From Mytilus trossulus (lineage: Eukaryota): a stretch of DNA of 64,000 nt. A program made the position numbers and the translations under genes. The stretch is from assembly GCF_036588685.1 (NCBI RefSeq), contig NC_086375.1, positions 44,020,001 through 44,084,000 on the forward strand. Reading direction: 5' to 3'. This document shows, in pieces, positions 59,792 to 64,000 of the stretch. The first letter of the stretch is position 1; the number at the start of each line of letters is the position of its first letter. The notes under the pieces are model-generated. The model saw only the letters and a list, made by a program, of their open reading frames with translations, did not search any database and was not told where the DNA came from.

Positions 59792-60687
59792 TCAAGAGGG
59801 AAGACATGATTTACAAAATGATTTATAAATTTTAGAGTTGTAATTGGCTTTTAATATGTTCAGTATTTTTTAAACTGCCAGTAAAGTTCCTAGTTGGTTA
59901 CTTTTTGTCTTTTTACTTTTTCTGTTGTTTTTGTGCTTCTGTCGATCTCTGAAGACAAGCCCTTTCTAATTGATTCAAATAGTTCTTATGTTGTGCTTTT
60001 TCAACATTATTGAAGGTTAAAATAGGGTCCAGTGCTTTTCCTCTGAGCAGTGAAAATCTGATTAGAAATAAAATCAGCTACATTTGTATGGTAACTGCTA
60101 CAGTCTGTTAGAATGTAAAAGATAAATTCAATCTCACATTGGATTAGTGTAAACTGAACTTGAATAAAAAATAAAACACTTACTGTGAATTCATTATTAT
60201 TCGTTGGATACTAATTTTTGTGGGTTCTGTGGGTACAGGTCAACCACGTCATCATATGTTCAACAAATAGCATATTTTCAATAGGCTTTGCATACAGAGA
60301 TAGGCAAAACTAAGAAATCAAATATCTATGAAAATGCAAGTTTTCAGCAATCCACAAAAATTGATACCCACAAAAAATAATTAATTCTAACAAATTAAGT
60401 TTGAAAATAGATTAAACATACACCAATTTTGTTAGATAAATGTATTTTTTTAAATTATAAAACCTCATAGAAATTAGATTCAAACATACATATATAAGAA
60501 CCAAAAATCAAACCTTTTTTGATTATACTCAATTGAACATAGAAAAGTTATTACAGAATTCCATGCTAATTAAAAACTTTATGTCAACATTAAATACAAA
60601 TAACATTTTAGCTAGCTCAACAAATATATCATGTTTACAAATAATAGCCATGCTATGTTTTATTTTTCAGCATTAAAAAAGTACACT

Positions 60688-63157
60688 ATGAGCCACAGAG
60701 TAGGATTTGCCTTATTTGGGCTTGGCAATATGGGTATGTATATTAATAGTTTTAAAAATTTCTTGTTTGAAGCATAAATATATATGCGAGACAAAATTAG
60801 TGGTGTCTGACATACTATTGTCTATTATATGAACATTTGATAAATGTTATTTTGTAGACTTGTAATACATTTTGATTTTTAAAAGGGGCAAAAAATTAGA
60901 TTTATCTTTTTATTTCACCATCCTTTCTCATTTACCTATGAAAATGTGCTAATATAAGAGGTTTTAATCTATGTGGATTTCGGAATAACATCACTTAATG
61001 TTGTATTAATTAATTAACTAGGTAGGTATCATTATTTAAAGGTTTTGACATAAAAACTTGTCAAATGTTTGCCAGTCTTCATTTGACATTGGCAATATGA
61101 TAAAAATATAAAAAAGAAAGAAAATCAACAAAATGGAATTATTACAAAGTCTTTTTAAATAATGTTAAAGACCTGTGACCCATTTCACAAAAAGTCTTAA
61201 TAAAAAAGATACTCTGCAGTCATAAACATTTCATGATATATTGCAATTGCTTTTGACGTAAGACATTTTAGGGAACAGAGCCAATTGTCTATTATATTGT
61301 ATGGGAACACTCATGCCACATCAAAAAGTTGAAGTACTGATCTACAAATTCAAAATTTTCTTGCAAAGAATATTCCGCTTATTTACAAAATCTGAAAAGA
61401 TATATACTAGGGGACAAAAATATTATGAATACATTTTGTTTGATTGATCCACTATTTAATCATATAATCACATTGGTGGCTATTTTTTCCATGATTAGAC
61501 AATTTGAAGAAAAAAATCAGATTCTGAAAAATGAGTTTAAAAGCGAATAGAAAGAGATACATGTATACTCAAGGAACTTATTAACGAATATTCCTGCACC
61601 AGATCAGTAATTCAAATCCCTTGGAGCCTCTTGTTTGAAAATAAGGCACATCCAATATATTTTCATGTGACATAGAAGAATCCCTTTGAGCCTCTTGTTT
61701 GAAAATAATTGCATTTGACCTAATAGATCAAAATCAAAGTTGTATGTAGGAGTCAGAAAAAAAACCCAGAGCACCTAAAATGATGAAGACAATTACTGCA
61801 ATAAAAACTCATTATCAAAATTATTTTTCAGGCTTGGCCCATATGAAGAATATTATGCTTTCACCCAGAGCTACGGTTAACTGGATCATAAGAAACAAGT
61901 TAGAAGATGCTGAGAAATTTGTTAAAGACCACAATCTGTCAGCTAAATGTACTACACCAGACAAACTAGAGGCTGTTTATAATGATCCAAAGTAACAAAA
62001 AGTTTACCTTATTATTTAGCACAAAATTTATACTCAACAAACTGATATGTTTAGATTATAAGATTTTTAATTGGATTTTCAAATTTAATCCAGTTGTGGA
62101 TTTGTGGTCTCAGAAGTATATGATAGTGATTTTTTTGGAACAGTCTGTTTTCTGAAATGAAGCCGACATTCAAACATATCACCCATCGACAGTAGCTTTG
62201 TAATATATGCAATGCTTTCACGTTTGAAATTTCATACTACAACTGAAAAGTGGGTTCATAGACATGATAGATATCTAATGTATACCCTTTTCAAATGAAC
62301 TTTTTTCCCTAGTAACAATCCAAATTTTGACTTTATCTAAACATTCTCATTTAATGTGTTGTGTCATTTGTTCTCTGTCTGAAATATGTGAAACCTATAC
62401 CACTGGAGAATTCACCAAACAATAATCAATTACTGTAAATTCAAAAATTATTGCTTGCATTTATTATTGCGATTTTGTTATTTTGGACTAAAAAGTAAAA
62501 TGCTATTTAAATTTTTGCCATATTCAGAAAAATCCTGTTTGATTCAAAGAAAAGATTTCAAAATGTGAGTTCTAATTATTTTGATGATAACCCTGTTGCA
62601 TTCTTGGCAATAATAAAAACATCGCAATAATTTCTGAATTTAAAGTATAATAATCGACTATGATTCTATTTCAGTGTGAAAGCAGTGTTGATATGTTCTC
62701 CAACAACAACACATGAAACTATCATCAAAGATTCTTTAAATGCAAGTAAGTATTTATTTTTTGTCTTATCTTCAGAAAAGAATGGCAAAATGGACACATA
62801 TAAACTTTAATCAAATGTTTGAGATGCAAAAAAAAACCTCTTAAATTTTAAAATCCAAAGAAGAATGTCTTTTATAGTTTTAGTAATACAGATATGTGTA
62901 CTTTCTAATTAGCGTGTCTTTTAATGAACAAATGTTGAAAAGGGTTACATGAAGATATTTCTGATATAATGGTAAAATTAATTTTATTTTTATATATTTC
63001 TATCAAGTTTTAACTTTTAATATTGAACACCATAAATATTTCTTTCAGACAAGGCAGTATTTTGTGAGAAACCAATTACAGATAACATAAAAACTACAGA
63101 AGATTGTTACAATGTAGCAGCTTCTAAAAACAAACCATTGTTCAATGCTCTACACAG
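60688..63157 (+). CDS. Gfo/Idh/MocA-family oxidoreductase (myo-inositol 2-dehydrogenase-like), first four coding exons (60688-60733, 61832-61991, 62675-62745, 63049-63157); continues beyond window
   Basis: Spliced translation MSHRVGFALFGLGNMGLAHMKNI...YNDPNVKAVLICSPTTTHETIIKDSLNANKAVFCEKPIT...LFNALHR: Rossmann GxGxxG and the family CEKP motif; GT-AG junctions in consistent phase. Confidence 0.85.
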
Positions 63158-63399
63158 GTATGATTTTTACTCAGATTACTGTGGGAAACTGTAATTGTGA
63201 TATTGTAATTGCTTATGGATTTTGTGCTGAAATTAAAAAACACATAATTTTCATGAATTTTGTCATCAAAAAGTAATGAAGAATACATCAAAAGTATGGA
63301 AACAAAATTTCTCTCAGAAAATGATTAGAACTCTACCAAAAAAAGCCTGAGTGATTTTACCTGAAGGACATGGCTTAAAAAACTCAGTTTTTTTACAGA

Positions 63400-64000
63400 T
63401 TTTTTATACGACCGCAAATTTTGAAAAAATTTTCGTCGTATATTGCTATCACGTTGGCGTCGTCGTCGTCGTCCGTATACTTTTAGTTTTCACACTCTAA
63501 CTTTAGTAAACGTGAATAGAAATCTATGAAATTTTAACACAAGGTTTATGACCACAAAAGGAAGGTTGGGATTGATTTTGGGAGTTTTGGTCCCAACATT
63601 TTAGGAATTAGGGGCCAAAAAGGGCCCAAATAAGCATTTTCTTGGTTTTCGCACTATAACTTTAGTTTAAGTGAATAGAAATCTATGAAATTTTGACACA
63701 AGGTTTATGACCACAAAAGAAAGGTTGGGATTGATTTTGGGAGTTTTGGTTTCAACAGTTTAGGAATTAGGGGCCAAAAAGGGACCCAAATAAGCATTTT
63801 TCTTGGTTTTCGCACCATAACGTTAGTATAAGTAAATAGAAATCTATGAAATTTAAACACAAGGTTTATGACCATGAAAGGAAGGTTGGTATTGATTTTG
63901 GGAGTTTTGGTCCCAACAGTTTAGGAAAAAGGGGTCCAAAGGGTCCAAAATTAAACTTTGTTTGATTTCATCAAAATTGAATAATTGGGGTTCTTTGATA
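63400..64000 (+). mobile_element. Helentron/HINE-like element with internal ~160-bp tandem repeats (3 copies visible), intronic
   Basis: ttttt-atacgac...gtcgtata subterminal inverted repeat, (cgt)n microsatellite, then repeats registered at 63514, 63673 and 63834. Confidence 0.7.

Overview
AT-rich, intron-containing eukaryotic DNA. The repeat landscape resembles a bivalve mollusc, most likely a Mytilus-type mussel (inference, not a database result). Left third: a tandem array of three paralogous genes encoding permuted NlpC/P60 (LRAT/PLAAT-like, H-box...NCEH) domains fused to a multi-pass, Cys-string membrane tail. Copy 1 has three catalytic domains, copy 2 (frameshifted pseudogene) has two and copy 3 has one; copies 1 and 2 lie in a ~9 kb tandem duplication. 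Middle: a BTB/POZ gene, an unknown low-complexity minus-strand gene, and a CARD-like + helical (TPR-like) gene. That gene has an unannotated, inverted, decayed paralogue, separated from it by a truncated RLE-type (HERO/NeSL-like) non-LTR retrotransposon. Right third, reconstructed by hand from splice sites and mostly invisible in the ORF track: a 9-coding-exon divergent Rab1-like GTPase (DTAGAE instead of DTAGQE, long tail ending in CSGL) whose exon-5/intron junction is amplified as a 7x71-bp minisatellite. Head-to-head with it is the 5' part of a Gfo/Idh/MocA oxidoreductase. Intergenic and intronic DNA is dense with non-autonomous elements (TTAA- and TAA-flanked MITEs, hairpin elements, Helentron/HINE-like elements). 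It also carries six copies of a 5'-truncated retro-element with a minimal type-I hammerhead ribozyme (CUGAUGA-stemII-GAAA-CGCGCG-UC).
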